Shown piece by piece: positions 37,952 to 47,299 of a stretch of 64,000 nucleotides of DNA; the stretch's first letter is position 1, and every line of letters begins with the position of its first letter. A program made the position numbers and the translations under genes. Location of the stretch: NCBI GenBank assembly GCA_043787975.1, contig JAYVUK010000071.1, positions 104,756-168,755 on the forward strand, read 5' to 3'. Source of the stretch: Bacteroidota bacterium (lineage in GTDB: Bacteria > Bacteroidota > Bacteroidia > AKYH767-A > 2013-40CM-41-45). The notes beneath the pieces were generated by a model. That model saw only the letters and a program-made list of their open reading frames with translations. It made no database searches and was not told where the DNA came from.

Positions 37952-40900
37952 GTGTTTCACCAGTTGGAATTTATTAAGAGAGCAGGAAGATTTTCGATCT
38001 TATTTTCACTGCTGATTTTTTTATCGCAAAAAAATTTCGCCCAGTTTTACAACGGTTACCAGATGACCTTTGGAAAAAATCGTGTTCAGTATGACGATCG
38101 TTTCTGGACGTTTATGAAATGGAAAAGTTTTGACACGTATTATTATCTCGGTGGACTGGAACTCGCTTCTTACACCGGACGTACTGCCGATAAAGACCTG
38201 GATGAAATTGAGAAACTTTTTGATTACAAATTGGACGGACGCATCCAGTTTATCATTTACAATAAATTGAGTGACGCGAAGCAAAGTAACATTGGCCTGG
38301 AAACCGAGGACAATACCAATAATACCGGCGGAGTTACAAGAATTGTCGGCAACAAAGTGTTTTTGTATTTCACCGGAGATCATGAGAAGTTGCACCAACA
38401 AATTCGTGCAGGCATTGCAAAGGTTTTGATTGACCAGATCATGTATGGTGGCGATGTGAAAGACAGGATTCAAAATTCTGCGCTCCTCGCACTACCTGAC
38501 TGGTATTTGAACGGATTGATTTCTTACATCGCCCGCAAATGGGATGTCGAACTTGACAACCGTGTTCGTGACGGAATCATCAGCAAAAAATATCTGAAGT
38601 TTAATCATCTAACGGGAACTGACGCATTGTATGCCGGTCAGTCAATCTGGAAATATATTATTGATACATACAGTGAAGCCACCGTGGCGAATTTGCTGTA
38701 CATGACACGTATCAACCGGAATATTGAAAGCGGATTTTTATATGTGCTTGGAGTTTCGGTGAACCAGCTTTCTGATAACTGGCGCGATGCGATGGAGAAG
38801 ATGTATGCTAATTCCGATGCGAACAGGGATTCACTCTCCCAAACTTCGCTCATCAAAAAACCCAAACCTTTTCTTATCTACAATCAGTTAAAGACCAGTC
38901 CTGACGGGCGATACATTGCCTATGCAACAAATGATCTTGGCAGGTACAAAGTGTTTTTATACGATGTGGATAAGAAGAAAAGGAAAAAAATCCTGCGCGG
39001 AGGATACCGTTCTTACAACCTGGAAACGGATGAAACTTTTCCATTGATTGCATGGCATCCCACAGGGCATTTGCTTGCCATGATTCGCGAACGTAGAGGA
39101 AAAACTTGGCTCGACTACTATACGCCAGAAACAAAAAAGTTTGAAGAGAATCAATTATTCAATTTTGAAAAAGTACTTGATTTTTCTTATTCCGATGATG
39201 GTCAGTCCATCGTTTTGTCCGCCATTCGAAAAGGACAAAGCGATATTTTCGTTTTCAATCTTCGCACGCGAACCTTCGAACAAATTACAAAAGATATTTA
39301 CGATGATTTTAATCCGCACTTTGTAAATAAGTCAAGCGCAATCGTATTTAGTTCAAATCGTGAAAACGACACACTCAATACAGACAAAAAAAATCAGTTA
39401 CCATCATTGCCAACGTTTGACGTTTTTTATTACAGTTATAAAAATAAAAACAAAGTCCTCAAAAGGATTACAAACACGCCGTCTTTTAATGAGCTTCAGC
39501 CGATGCAATATGATTCGTCCAACATTGCATACCTGAGTGACGAGAATGGAATTGTAAATCGGTATGTCGCGCATCTCGATAGTGCGATCAGCTTTGTCGA
39601 CACCACTGAACACTACCGGTTGATTGTGCAAACCTATCCTCAAACAAATTATTCAAGAAATATTTTATCGCAGGACGTGAACTACAGCCGAAACCAGCTG
39701 AGTGAGATTTTTTATTCGAAGGGTCGTATTCGTATGTATGTGAAACCGATTTCGAACGTAACGTTTTCTGAAAGCGCTCCTTCAAACACGTTGTTCAGAA
39801 GTGAATCATATGGCAACGGAGCCACAACTCATTCGCAAGGGCAACTGCAGGAGAATAATATAGGCAGGAAAGAAGCAGGTGCCGGAGAAGAGCAAAAGGT
39901 TGTACCTGACTCCAACCAGGTCGACATTGACAATTACGTTTTCCAGACTGATTTTCCGAAATCAAAAAATAAAAAATCTGAGAAGAACAAAGAAAGAGAA
40001 AATCAACCGGCAGTTTCTCCATCCGGAATCGCTTCAACAACGCAAACCGGAAGTGATACAACGTCATTCATGCTCCCGAAACAACGCAATTACGATCCTG
40101 CGTTTTCGTCAACTTATTTTCAGAGCCAACTTGATAACAGTTTTTTAAATCAAACATATCAATTATATTCCGGTGGAGGATCGTTGTCTTTTTATAACCC
40201 GGGATTATCAGGCTTCTTTAAATTAGGAATCAAAGATTTATTGGAGGACTACCGGATTACCGGAGGTGTTAAGATAGAAGGAAGCCTGAACAGCATCGGA
40301 TATTTCCTCAGTTATGAAAATCTTAAGAGAAGGCTGGACAAGCAAGTTACCTTTTACCGAGAATCTATTCTGATTACAGATGGCATTGAAGCAGGAAGAC
40401 TGATCACTCATGAACTTAAATATATAAATAAGTGGCCCTTTAGCGAGGTATCAAGTTTACGTTGGTCTTTAGCCTGCAGAAACGACAGGGTAATTTTTCT
40501 TGCTACAGATTTGTTCTCACTTACCTTTCCTTCTGTAAATTCATATAGAGCAAATGCGCATCTCGAATATGTTTTCGATAATACATTAAATACCGGACTG
40601 AATTTATACAACGGAACACGGCTGAAAGTTTTTGGAGAATATTATAAACAGTTGGATTACGCAAAGAGTAATGTGTATGTTCTTGGTGTTGATGTGAGAA
40701 ATTACCTGAAGATTCACCGGGAAATTATCTGGGCAAATCGTTTTGCTTCAGGAACTTCTTTTGGGGATCAAAAAATTGTATACTTCCTCGGAGGAACTGA
40801 TAACTGGCTGGCACCGAAGTTCGATCAGAGTACCGTGATTGATCAGACCCAACATTATTTATTTGAAACTTCTGCAACAAATCTTCGTGGCTTCAATCAG

Positions 40901-41275
40901 AATGTGCGTAACGGAAACACATTTGCCTTGATCAACAGCGAAATCCGGATCCCTGTTTTTCGTTATTTACTTAATCGCCCAATCAAATCAGATTTCATCC
41001 GCAATTTCCAGGTCGTTGGTTTTGGGGATGTAGGTACTGCATGGACAGGTCGCTCTCCGTATGATACAACGAGCGCGCTGAACAAACAGGTTATTTCCAA
41101 TGTTACCTATACTGTGACACTCATCAGTCAGCATGAACCCATTGTTGCAGGCTATGGTTTTGGTTTGCGCAGCAGGTTACTCGGTTATTTTATTCGCGCC
41201 GACTGGGCCTGGGGAATTGAAGATGCTGTGGTGCTTCCTTCCGTTTTTTACCTTTCGCTGAGCCTGGATTTTTAG
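37952..41275 (+). CDS. large outer-membrane protein: N-terminal domain + TolB/PD40-like beta-propeller + C-terminal Omp85-like beta-barrel
   Basis: Signal peptide. PD40-like repeats (SPDGRYIAYATND, YSDDGQSIVLSA, SSAIVFSSNRE), a low-complexity linker, and a barrel ending ...FYLSLSLDF. GTG start. Confidence 0.6.
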   Translation: MFHQLEFIKRAGRFSILFSLLIFLSQKNFAQFYNGYQMTFGKNRVQYDDRFWTFMKWKSFDTYYYLGGLELASYTGRTADKDLDEIEKLFDYKLDGRIQFIIYNKLSDAKQSNIGLETEDNTNNTGGVTRIVGNKVFLYFTGDHEKLHQQIRAGIAKVLIDQIMYGGDVKDRIQNSALLALPDWYLNGLISYIARKWDVELDNRVRDGIISKKYLKFNHLTGTDALYAGQSIWKYIIDTYSEATVANLLYMTRINRNIESGFLYVLGVSVNQLSDNWRDAMEKMYANSDANRDSLSQTSLIKKPKPFLIYNQLKTSPDGRYIAYATNDLGRYKVFLYDVDKKKRKKILRGGYRSYNLETDETFPLIAWHPTGHLLAMIRERRGKTWLDYYTPETKKFEENQLFNFEKVLDFSYSDDGQSIVLSAIRKGQSDIFVFNLRTRTFEQITKDIYDDFNPHFVNKSSAIVFSSNRENDTLNTDKKNQLPSLPTFDVFYYSYKNKNKVLKRITNTPSFNELQPMQYDSSNIAYLSDENGIVNRYVAHLDSAISFVDTTEHYRLIVQTYPQTNYSRNILSQDVNYSRNQLSEIFYSKGRIRMYVKPISNVTFSESAPSNTLFRSESYGNGATTHSQGQLQENNIGRKEAGAGEEQKVVPDSNQVDIDNYVFQTDFPKSKNKKSEKNKERENQPAVSPSGIASTTQTGSDTTSFMLPKQRNYDPAFSSTYFQSQLDNSFLNQTYQLYSGGGSLSFYNPGLSGFFKLGIKDLLEDYRITGGVKIEGSLNSIGYFLSYENLKRRLDKQVTFYRESILITDGIEAGRLITHELKYINKWPFSEVSSLRWSLACRNDRVIFLATDLFSLTFPSVNSYRANAHLEYVFDNTLNTGLNLYNGTRLKVFGEYYKQLDYAKSNVYVLGVDVRNYLKIHREIIWANRFASGTSFGDQKIVYFLGGTDNWLAPKFDQSTVIDQTQHYLFETSATNLRGFNQNVRNGNTFALINSEIRIPVFRYLLNRPIKSDFIRNFQVVGFGDVGTAWTGRSPYDTTSALNKQVISNVTYTVTLISQHEPIVAGYGFGLRSRLLGYFIRADWAWGIEDAVVLPSVFYLSLSLDF

Positions 41276-41410
41276 GAAAGGATTAAAACGATTATTTGTT
41301 GATTCCACCGATTTTTTTGAAACGGAATTTGAGCGGTTATAAATCGATTACACTCGTTACAGAATATACGTATTGTTCGTGATCTCTTTATCCCGAATAA
41401 CTTTCTAATC

Positions 41411-41442
41411 ATTCGTATATTCGTACCCATTCGTAATTCGTA
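41411..41442. repeat. solo arm of TTCGTA-type element (4 x ATTCGTA, spacing 8/10/7)
   Basis: attcgta-t-attcgta-ccc-attcgta-attcgta ends 2 nt before the ATG at 41445. Spacing is identical to the right arm at 63304-63337. Confidence 0.7.
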
Positions 41443-41444
41443 CC

Positions 41445-42656
41445 ATGAAAGAGAAAGTAAAATCGCTGGCGAAAAAATTTCTTCCTGAAATTATTTCCTG
41501 CCGCAGGCACCTTCATCAACATCCGGAATTGTCATTTCATGAATTCAACACACAAAAATTTGTTGAAGAGAAACTGGATGAGTTTGGTATTACCGATGTA
41601 AAACGTATGGCAAATACCGGAGTTGTAGCGCTCTTAAAAGGCACCAAAACTCCCTCTTCTTTGGAGAGGGTTGGGGAGAGGCATATTGCGCTTCGCGGTG
41701 ACATGGATGCATTGCCGATCCTGGAAACGAATAAGGTGGAGTATAAATCGAAAAATGATGGAGTGATGCACGCTTGCGGTCACGATGTTCATACTTCTTC
41801 ACTGCTGGGGGTTGCCAAAATTTTGTCGGAACTGAAAAATGAATTTGAAGGAACTGTGAAATTTATTTTTCAGCCCGGAGAAGAAAAACTTCCCGGTGGA
41901 GCATCGTTGATGATCAAAGAAGGTGTGTTGGAAAATCCAAAGCCGGATGCGGTGCTTGGTCAGCATGTGATGCCGCAGATTGATGCCGGAAAAGTTGGCT
42001 TTCGAAAAGGGTTGTACATGGCAAGTACGGACGAAATCTATGTGACCGTCCGTGGCAAAGGCGGACATGGCGCCATGCCGCATCTTACCATTGATCCTGT
42101 CTTGATTACCTCACACATGATTGTGGCTTTGCAACAGATCGTAAGCAGGAATGCGAAACCATCGCTTCCTTCCGTGCTTTCTTTCGGAAAAGTAATTGCA
42201 AACGGAGCCACCAATGTCATTCCTGATTCTGTTTATCTCGAAGGAACCTTTCGCACGTTGAATGAAGAATGGCGTGATGAAGCGCATATAAAAATGAAGA
42301 AGATGGCCGAAGGTATTGCGGAGAGTATGGGCGGAACATGTGAGTTTAAAATTGTTCGCGGTTACCCGTTTCTCGTTAATGATGAAGAACTGACAGAGCG
42401 TTCACGAAAATATGCGGAAGATTTTCTTGGAAAGGAAAATGTGGAAGAGTTGGAAATATGGATGGCAGCAGAAGACTTTTCTTTTTTCACACAGCAGTCT
42501 GTTGCCTGCTTTTACCGGCTGGGAGTTCGCAATGAAAAAAGAGGAATCACATCATCTGTTCATACATCCACTTTTGATATTGATGAAACTGCGCTTGAAA
42601 CAGGAATGGGCTTGATGGCGTGGATGACGTTGAAGGAATTGGAAAACAAAAAATAA
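41445..42656 (+). CDS. M20 family amidohydrolase (N-acyl-L-amino-acid amidohydrolase-like)
   Basis: HQHPELSFHE, LRGDMDALP and ACGHD motifs of the M20D subfamily. Confidence 0.85.
   Translation: MKEKVKSLAKKFLPEIISCRRHLHQHPELSFHEFNTQKFVEEKLDEFGITDVKRMANTGVVALLKGTKTPSSLERVGERHIALRGDMDALPILETNKVEYKSKNDGVMHACGHDVHTSSLLGVAKILSELKNEFEGTVKFIFQPGEEKLPGGASLMIKEGVLENPKPDAVLGQHVMPQIDAGKVGFRKGLYMASTDEIYVTVRGKGGHGAMPHLTIDPVLITSHMIVALQQIVSRNAKPSLPSVLSFGKVIANGATNVIPDSVYLEGTFRTLNEEWRDEAHIKMKKMAEGIAESMGGTCEFKIVRGYPFLVNDEELTERSRKYAEDFLGKENVEELEIWMAAEDFSFFTQQSVACFYRLGVRNEKRGITSSVHTSTFDIDETALETGMGLMAWMTLKELENKK
41651..41683. repeat. GGAGAGGG-type repeat embedded in-frame in the M20 gene
   Basis: tccctcttctttggagagggttggggagaggc encodes TPSSLERVGER, placed between conserved KG and IALRGDMDALP. 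Confidence 0.6.
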
Positions 42657-42672
42657 TTACACATAATTTAGT

Positions 42673-43347
42673 ATGCCGGGAAAATTATTTCTTGTTCCAA
42701 CCCCGATTGGAAACCTGGAGGACATTACCCTTCGCGCACTTCGCATTTTAAAAGAAGTGGATTACGTGCTTGCGGAAGACACGCGAACAAGCCGCGTATT
42801 ATTGAACCATTTTTCTATTGACAAACAGGTTCGCTCGTATCACCAGCATAACGAACACAAAGTGGTGGTTGATATGGTCGAACGTATTTCCAGCGGAGAA
42901 AAAATTGCATTGATCACCGATGCAGGCACTCCCGGAATTTCTGACCCCGGATTTTTAATTGTGCGCGAATGCATCAAGCAAGGAGTGGAAGTGGAATGTT
43001 TGCCGGGAGCTACGGCTTTTGTTCCTGCTCTTGTTAATTCAGGGTTGCCAAGCGAGCGTTTTTGTTTCGAAGGATTCCTTCCTCAAAAAAAAGGACGTGC
43101 CACACGATTGCAGGAACTGAAAGAAGAAGAACGCACGATGGTATTTTATGAATCACCTTTTCGCCTGGTAAAAACGCTGGAACAGTTTTCTGAAGTCTTT
43201 GGAAGCGACCGTCCGGCAAGTGTTTCCAGGGAGCTGACAAAAATGTTTGAGGAAACAAAAAGAGGAACACTCACGGAAGTGTGTGACTATTTTAAATTGA
43301 AGACGGTAAAGGGAGAAGTGGTAATTGTGGTTGCCGGGAAAAAATGA
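42673..43347 (+). CDS. rsmI: 16S rRNA (cytidine1402-2'-O)-methyltransferase
   Basis: LVPTPIGNLEDITLRAL, DAGTPGISDPG and the tetrapyrrole-methylase fold typical of RsmI. Confidence 0.9.
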   Translation: MPGKLFLVPTPIGNLEDITLRALRILKEVDYVLAEDTRTSRVLLNHFSIDKQVRSYHQHNEHKVVVDMVERISSGEKIALITDAGTPGISDPGFLIVRECIKQGVEVECLPGATAFVPALVNSGLPSERFCFEGFLPQKKGRATRLQELKEEERTMVFYESPFRLVKTLEQFSEVFGSDRPASVSRELTKMFEETKRGTLTEVCDYFKLKTVKGEVVIVVAGKK

Positions 43348-43404
43348 TTCCGCTGCTGCCGGGTAGAAACAGCCTACAGCATTACAAACAGTCGAAATTT
43401 TTCC

Positions 43405-43803
43405 TTAACTTAGTTTATAACTGCTGTCGATGATACTTTTGATGGCCTCAAAACCTTTTTGATTTTTGATGACATAATCGGAAGCACCTTTTTCTTTTGC
43501 AAGTTTGATTATGTCCTCGTCATCAACGGAGGTGAACATGATGACACGCGTTTCCGGACTAATCTCTTTGATTTTCACCAGGGTGTCAAGCCCGTGGTAT
43601 TTGGCAGCGAGAGACGCCTCCAAAAAATAATCCATCAAAATCAGGTCAGGATGCATTTGACTGTGCACTATTTCACCGATGCAGGCTTCGCCGGTGATGA
43701 ATCCTTTCAGTTTAACATCTTTATATTGCCCTAAGAAATCCAGCATCATCGTTCTTGCTGCTGCATCGTCTTCGACTACATAAATTGAATTTAACTTTTT
43801 CAT
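43405..43803 (-). CDS. stand-alone response regulator receiver protein
   Basis: CheY-like: N-terminal acidic pair EDD, phospho-acceptor MDY context, conserved downstream Lys. No output domain. Confidence 0.8.
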   Translation of the reverse strand: MKKLNSIYVVEDDAAARTMMLDFLGQYKDVKLKGFITGEACIGEIVHSQMHPDLILMDYFLEASLAAKYHGLDTLVKIKEISPETRVIMFTSVDDEDIIKLAKEKGASDYVIKNQKGFEAIKSIIDSSYKLS

Positions 43804-43907
43804 ACACGTTAGGTTTTACTTTTTCTGGCTCGTAAAAGTATTAATTTTCGGCAAATCAATTGATAGGTATTTTTTACGGACCTCTGGTAGAAGAATTTTT
43901 ATTAGGA

Positions 43908-44758
43908 TTATTTTATTTGATAACTTATTCCGGCAGTAAAACAAAGCAAAGCGATGTTTTTATTCAAGGAAGAAGAAATTACTTTTTCACTTTGCGTATG
44001 TGCAGCAGCAGGTGCCCTTTCAACATAATCCGTAATATAATCTATGCTGTTATCAAAGAACATTTTTTCAGTAAATAAGAAGTCAGCAGAAATAATAGCG
44101 TTGATACGATTCTTTAGAGGAACTGTAAAATCAAGCCCTGAACCCAAACACAAACCATATCTGATTTTTCGGACTGAGTTATTTTACGCACATAAGTATA
44201 AGACGGATAGTGTAATATTCCTCCTGTAGTATATCCGGTTTCATCAATCTGAATTTCAGGTGATCGGGTCTGCTGGTATCCGCCTGACAATCTTAAATTG
44301 AAAGTCACAAAATCGGCATTGAATGACATTGTGCAACCCAACAAGATACCTGATGAATACCAATTTTTAGCATTGTATAAATATGAAGTAGCATAGGACT
44401 GAGGGGCACCCAAACCCGGATAGGGATATTGAGGAAATAGAGAATCTTTAGATAAATGCTCCGTTGGATTACTTGCAGAATATAAAATACATGTTACTCC
44501 AAATTTTTTTGAAATAAAATAGCTGCCTTGAACTTTTCCAATTATTCGAATTTCTGCGCTACCTGCAATATTAGTTGGTGACGAGTAAGGTGTATTCTTT
44601 TCAGCATAAGTTGAAAAATTGCCGGTTGGTATAGCTACTCCTCCACCGAGGGATAAAACAATTTGATGATGCACAAGGGAATCTTTTTGAGCATAAAGCA
44701 AGTTTGAAGTCATCAGAAAAAGGAGTACGATGAATTTTTCCACTTGTCGGGTTTCCAT
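43908..44758 (-). pseudogene. outer-membrane beta-barrel gene interrupted by a single frameshift
   Basis: ORF 44114..44758 (signal peptide, beta pattern) continues in another frame as ORF 43908..44153 (GLDFTV...ALLCFTAGISYQIK). The switch is compatible with a 1-nt indel at T5 44165-44169. Confidence 0.5.
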
Positions 44759-44829
44759 GTTGTCGCAGAAAGATAGAAAAAATTAAAATGCTTTTCCGAC
44801 AGGTTGAAACACGTGGCGGTATTATAAGT

Positions 44830-45972
44830 TTAAGAATGAAACAATTCCATCGCGATTTTATCAGCGAAAAATTTCCCTTTTCTTGTTAATACATAAGTAC
44901 CTTCTTTTTTTTCAATCCAACCGTTGGTAATAAATTGAGCAACACATTTTAAAAAATATTCAGCAAGATTTTTTTCAAAATTTTCCGCGATTAATTCAAT
45001 GTTGCTTCCCCACATCGTTCGCAGTGAAGTAAGGATGTATTCATTGTATCGTTGTATTGTCGTTAGCTCTTCGATTTCAGAAGGGATTTTATTTTCATCC
45101 AGCGATTTTATGTAGACTGAATTATTTGCGATATTCCATTGACGTGAAACACCATTGTAAGAATGTGCAGAAGGTCCTAAGCCGAGGTATTTTTCATTTC
45201 GCCAGTAGTTTGTATTGTGTTGTGAATACCTATTGTCTTTAGCGAAGTTGGAAATCTCGTATTGTTCAAAACCGTGATCTGTTGCAGCCTGTATCAGCAA
45301 TTCAAATTGCTCCGCAGATTTTGCTTCTTCTACAGCAGGAACTTTTCCTTTTTTGATAAACTGTGCCAACGCTGTTTTTGGTTCCACGGTTAAAGCATAA
45401 CAGGAAAGATGTGGAATATCCAACCCAAAAGCAGTTTCAAGATTTTTCAGCCATTGTTCATTTGAAAGTGTCGGTGTTCCGTAAATTAAATCAATGGTGA
45501 TGTTGGTGAATCCTGCATCCTGAGCAGCTTTTACAGATTCATGAGCTTGCATGGAATTGTGAGCGCGATTCATAAATTTTAAATCGTCATCAAAAAAACT
45601 TTGGATGCCGATACTAAGTCGGTTGATGCCGGCTTCCTTCAGGGCGATTAATTTTTCTTTTGTAAGATCATCAGGATTTGCTTCCAGCGTGATCTCCATG
45701 TTTTTTTTTAATTCGTGATGTTTAGAAATCTCACTAAGTATTTTTTTTATTTCATCTCCTGAAAGCAAGGATGGAGTTCCACCGCCGAAGTAAATAGTCG
45801 ACAGTTGGCAGTCAGCAGTTGGCAGTGGTTGAAAATAATATTTTTGTAATTTTATTTCTTCCAGAAGAGCTTTAATAAATGCATCTTTTTTATTCAGCGA
45901 TACAGAAAAGTGAAAGTCGCAATAGTGGCAGGCTTGTTTACAGAAAGGAATGTGAATATAAATGCCACTCAT
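44830..45972 (-). CDS. hemW: radical SAM heme chaperone HemW (coproporphyrinogen III oxidase-like)
   Basis: CxxxCxxC (CKQACHYCDF), GGGTPS and HemN_C-like C-terminus. Confidence 0.9.
   Translation of the reverse strand: MSGIYIHIPFCKQACHYCDFHFSVSLNKKDAFIKALLEEIKLQKYYFQPLPTADCQLSTIYFGGGTPSLLSGDEIKKILSEISKHHELKKNMEITLEANPDDLTKEKLIALKEAGINRLSIGIQSFFDDDLKFMNRAHNSMQAHESVKAAQDAGFTNITIDLIYGTPTLSNEQWLKNLETAFGLDIPHLSCYALTVEPKTALAQFIKKGKVPAVEEAKSAEQFELLIQAATDHGFEQYEISNFAKDNRYSQHNTNYWRNEKYLGLGPSAHSYNGVSRQWNIANNSVYIKSLDENKIPSEIEELTTIQRYNEYILTSLRTMWGSNIELIAENFEKNLAEYFLKCVAQFITNGWIEKKEGTYVLTRKGKFFADKIAMELFHS
45796..45828. repeat. tandem heptamers (agtcgac agttggc agtcagc agttggc agtgg) inside hemW
   Basis: Period-7 repeat read directly. 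On the coding strand it encodes PLPTADCQLST just before GGGTPS. Confidence 0.7.
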
Positions 45973-47123
45973 TATTTTTTTAAAACGATTCTGAAAGTAG
46001 AACCTTTATTAGTCTCTGAATTTTTTACAAAAATTTGCCCGTCATGATAATCTTCAATAATGCGCTTGCTCAACGAAAGCCCAAGTCCCCACCCACGTTT
46101 TTTTGTCGTGTAGCCGGGTTTGAAAATAGTTTTATGGGAGCTCTTCGCGATTCCTTTTCCCGTATCGGAAATATCAATATAGACAAATTGGTGCTGGTCG
46201 GTGATGGTCATTTTAATTTCTCCTAAACCATTCATCGCATCAATGGAATTCTTTAAAATGTTTTCAATCACCCATTCAAACAACGGAATATTCATCGGTG
46301 CGAGTACAATATTTTTTTCGGTATCTGTAATGGAAAAAATAACTTTATCCGAAGTTCTTGTTTTAATATAGTCAACGGAATGTTGTAAAACCTGTTGAAC
46401 ATTTTCTTTTTGCAAAGCAGGAGCGGAGCCTATTTTTGAAAAGCGTTCGGTGATGGTTTGTAACCGCAAAATGTCTTTTTCAATTTCACTGGTGTACGAT
46501 GGATCGGTTCCTTTCAACTTTAAAAATTCAAGCCAGGCAATCAATGATGAAAGCGGAGTTCCAAGTTGATGCGCGGTTTCCTTTGCCATTCCAACCCACA
46601 CCTGGTTTTGTTCCGCTTTGCGTGAGCTGCTGAAAGCGAGATACGAGACGATCAAAAAAAGCGCGATGACTGCTAGCTGGAAATATGGATAATAACGTAG
46701 CTTGGTTAAAAGAATCGAGTCTTTATACAGAATTTGATTTTTATTTCCTCCTGTTAAAAAAATTTCAATCGGTTCGTGTTGCGATTGCATTAACACAATT
46801 TGTTCTTTGATATATTCCGGTTGAAGAGCTTTGAGCGAATCAAGATTACGATAAGAAATCATCCCACCTTTGCTGTCAGCAAGAATGACAGGAATGGTCG
46901 TGTTGTTGCCGATCACGTTGGAAAGAAAATTCAAATCAGTCGTGATATCGTTGATGTCAGCAAGTTTTTTAGTTGCCTCCGCCCAGAGTTCAATTTTTTT
47001 GCGCTCTTCTTCGGCTAAACTTTTGACCAGCTTGTTGGTGTACCAAAGCGAGGCCGCGCAGATCAAAAGAGCGGCGATGAGCAATAAAATTTTCCAGCGT
47101 TGTTTTTGCGTATAAATATTCAA
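45972..47123 (-). CDS. two-TM sensor histidine kinase
   Basis: H-box AHQLGTPLSSL and HATPase motifs (DTGKGI, GWGLGLS). TTG start. Its stop overlaps the hemW ATG by 1 nt. Confidence 0.8.
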   Translation of the reverse strand: MNIYTQKQRWKILLLIAALLICAASLWYTNKLVKSLAEEERKKIELWAEATKKLADINDITTDLNFLSNVIGNNTTIPVILADSKGGMISYRNLDSLKALQPEYIKEQIVLMQSQHEPIEIFLTGGNKNQILYKDSILLTKLRYYPYFQLAVIALFLIVSYLAFSSSRKAEQNQVWVGMAKETAHQLGTPLSSLIAWLEFLKLKGTDPSYTSEIEKDILRLQTITERFSKIGSAPALQKENVQQVLQHSVDYIKTRTSDKVIFSITDTEKNIVLAPMNIPLFEWVIENILKNSIDAMNGLGEIKMTITDQHQFVYIDISDTGKGIAKSSHKTIFKPGYTTKKRGWGLGLSLSKRIIEDYHDGQIFVKNSETNKGSTFRIVLKK

Positions 47124-47189
47124 GCAGAATCCTCCTGTGAAAGAAAACGCTAAGGTGTTAAAAAAATTCTAATGAAAGGGAGATCATCG

Positions 47190-47253
47190 AATTACAAATA
47201 AGTACGAAACTACGAATATCGGCTAATTCGTAGTTTCGTACTTATTCGTAATT
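47190..47253. repeat. TTCGTA-type hairpin (28-bp stem, 1 mismatch)
   Basis: aattacaaataagtacgaaactacgaat / attcgtagtttcgtacttattcgtaatt, loop atcggcta. Confidence 0.8.
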
Positions 47254-47299
47254 AGTTGGAACTTCTGTGGTATTCAAAATGAGATACTACCGTCACATA

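Noticed and set aside
31243-45828. Intragenic heptamer arrays as slipped-strand phase-variation switches
   Set aside because: Units are degenerate (agtcgac/agttgac/ggtcaac/agtcagc), which disfavours slippage. The host genes are housekeeping, so frame loss would be deleterious. Kept only as a minor possibility to be tested by unit-number polymorphism.
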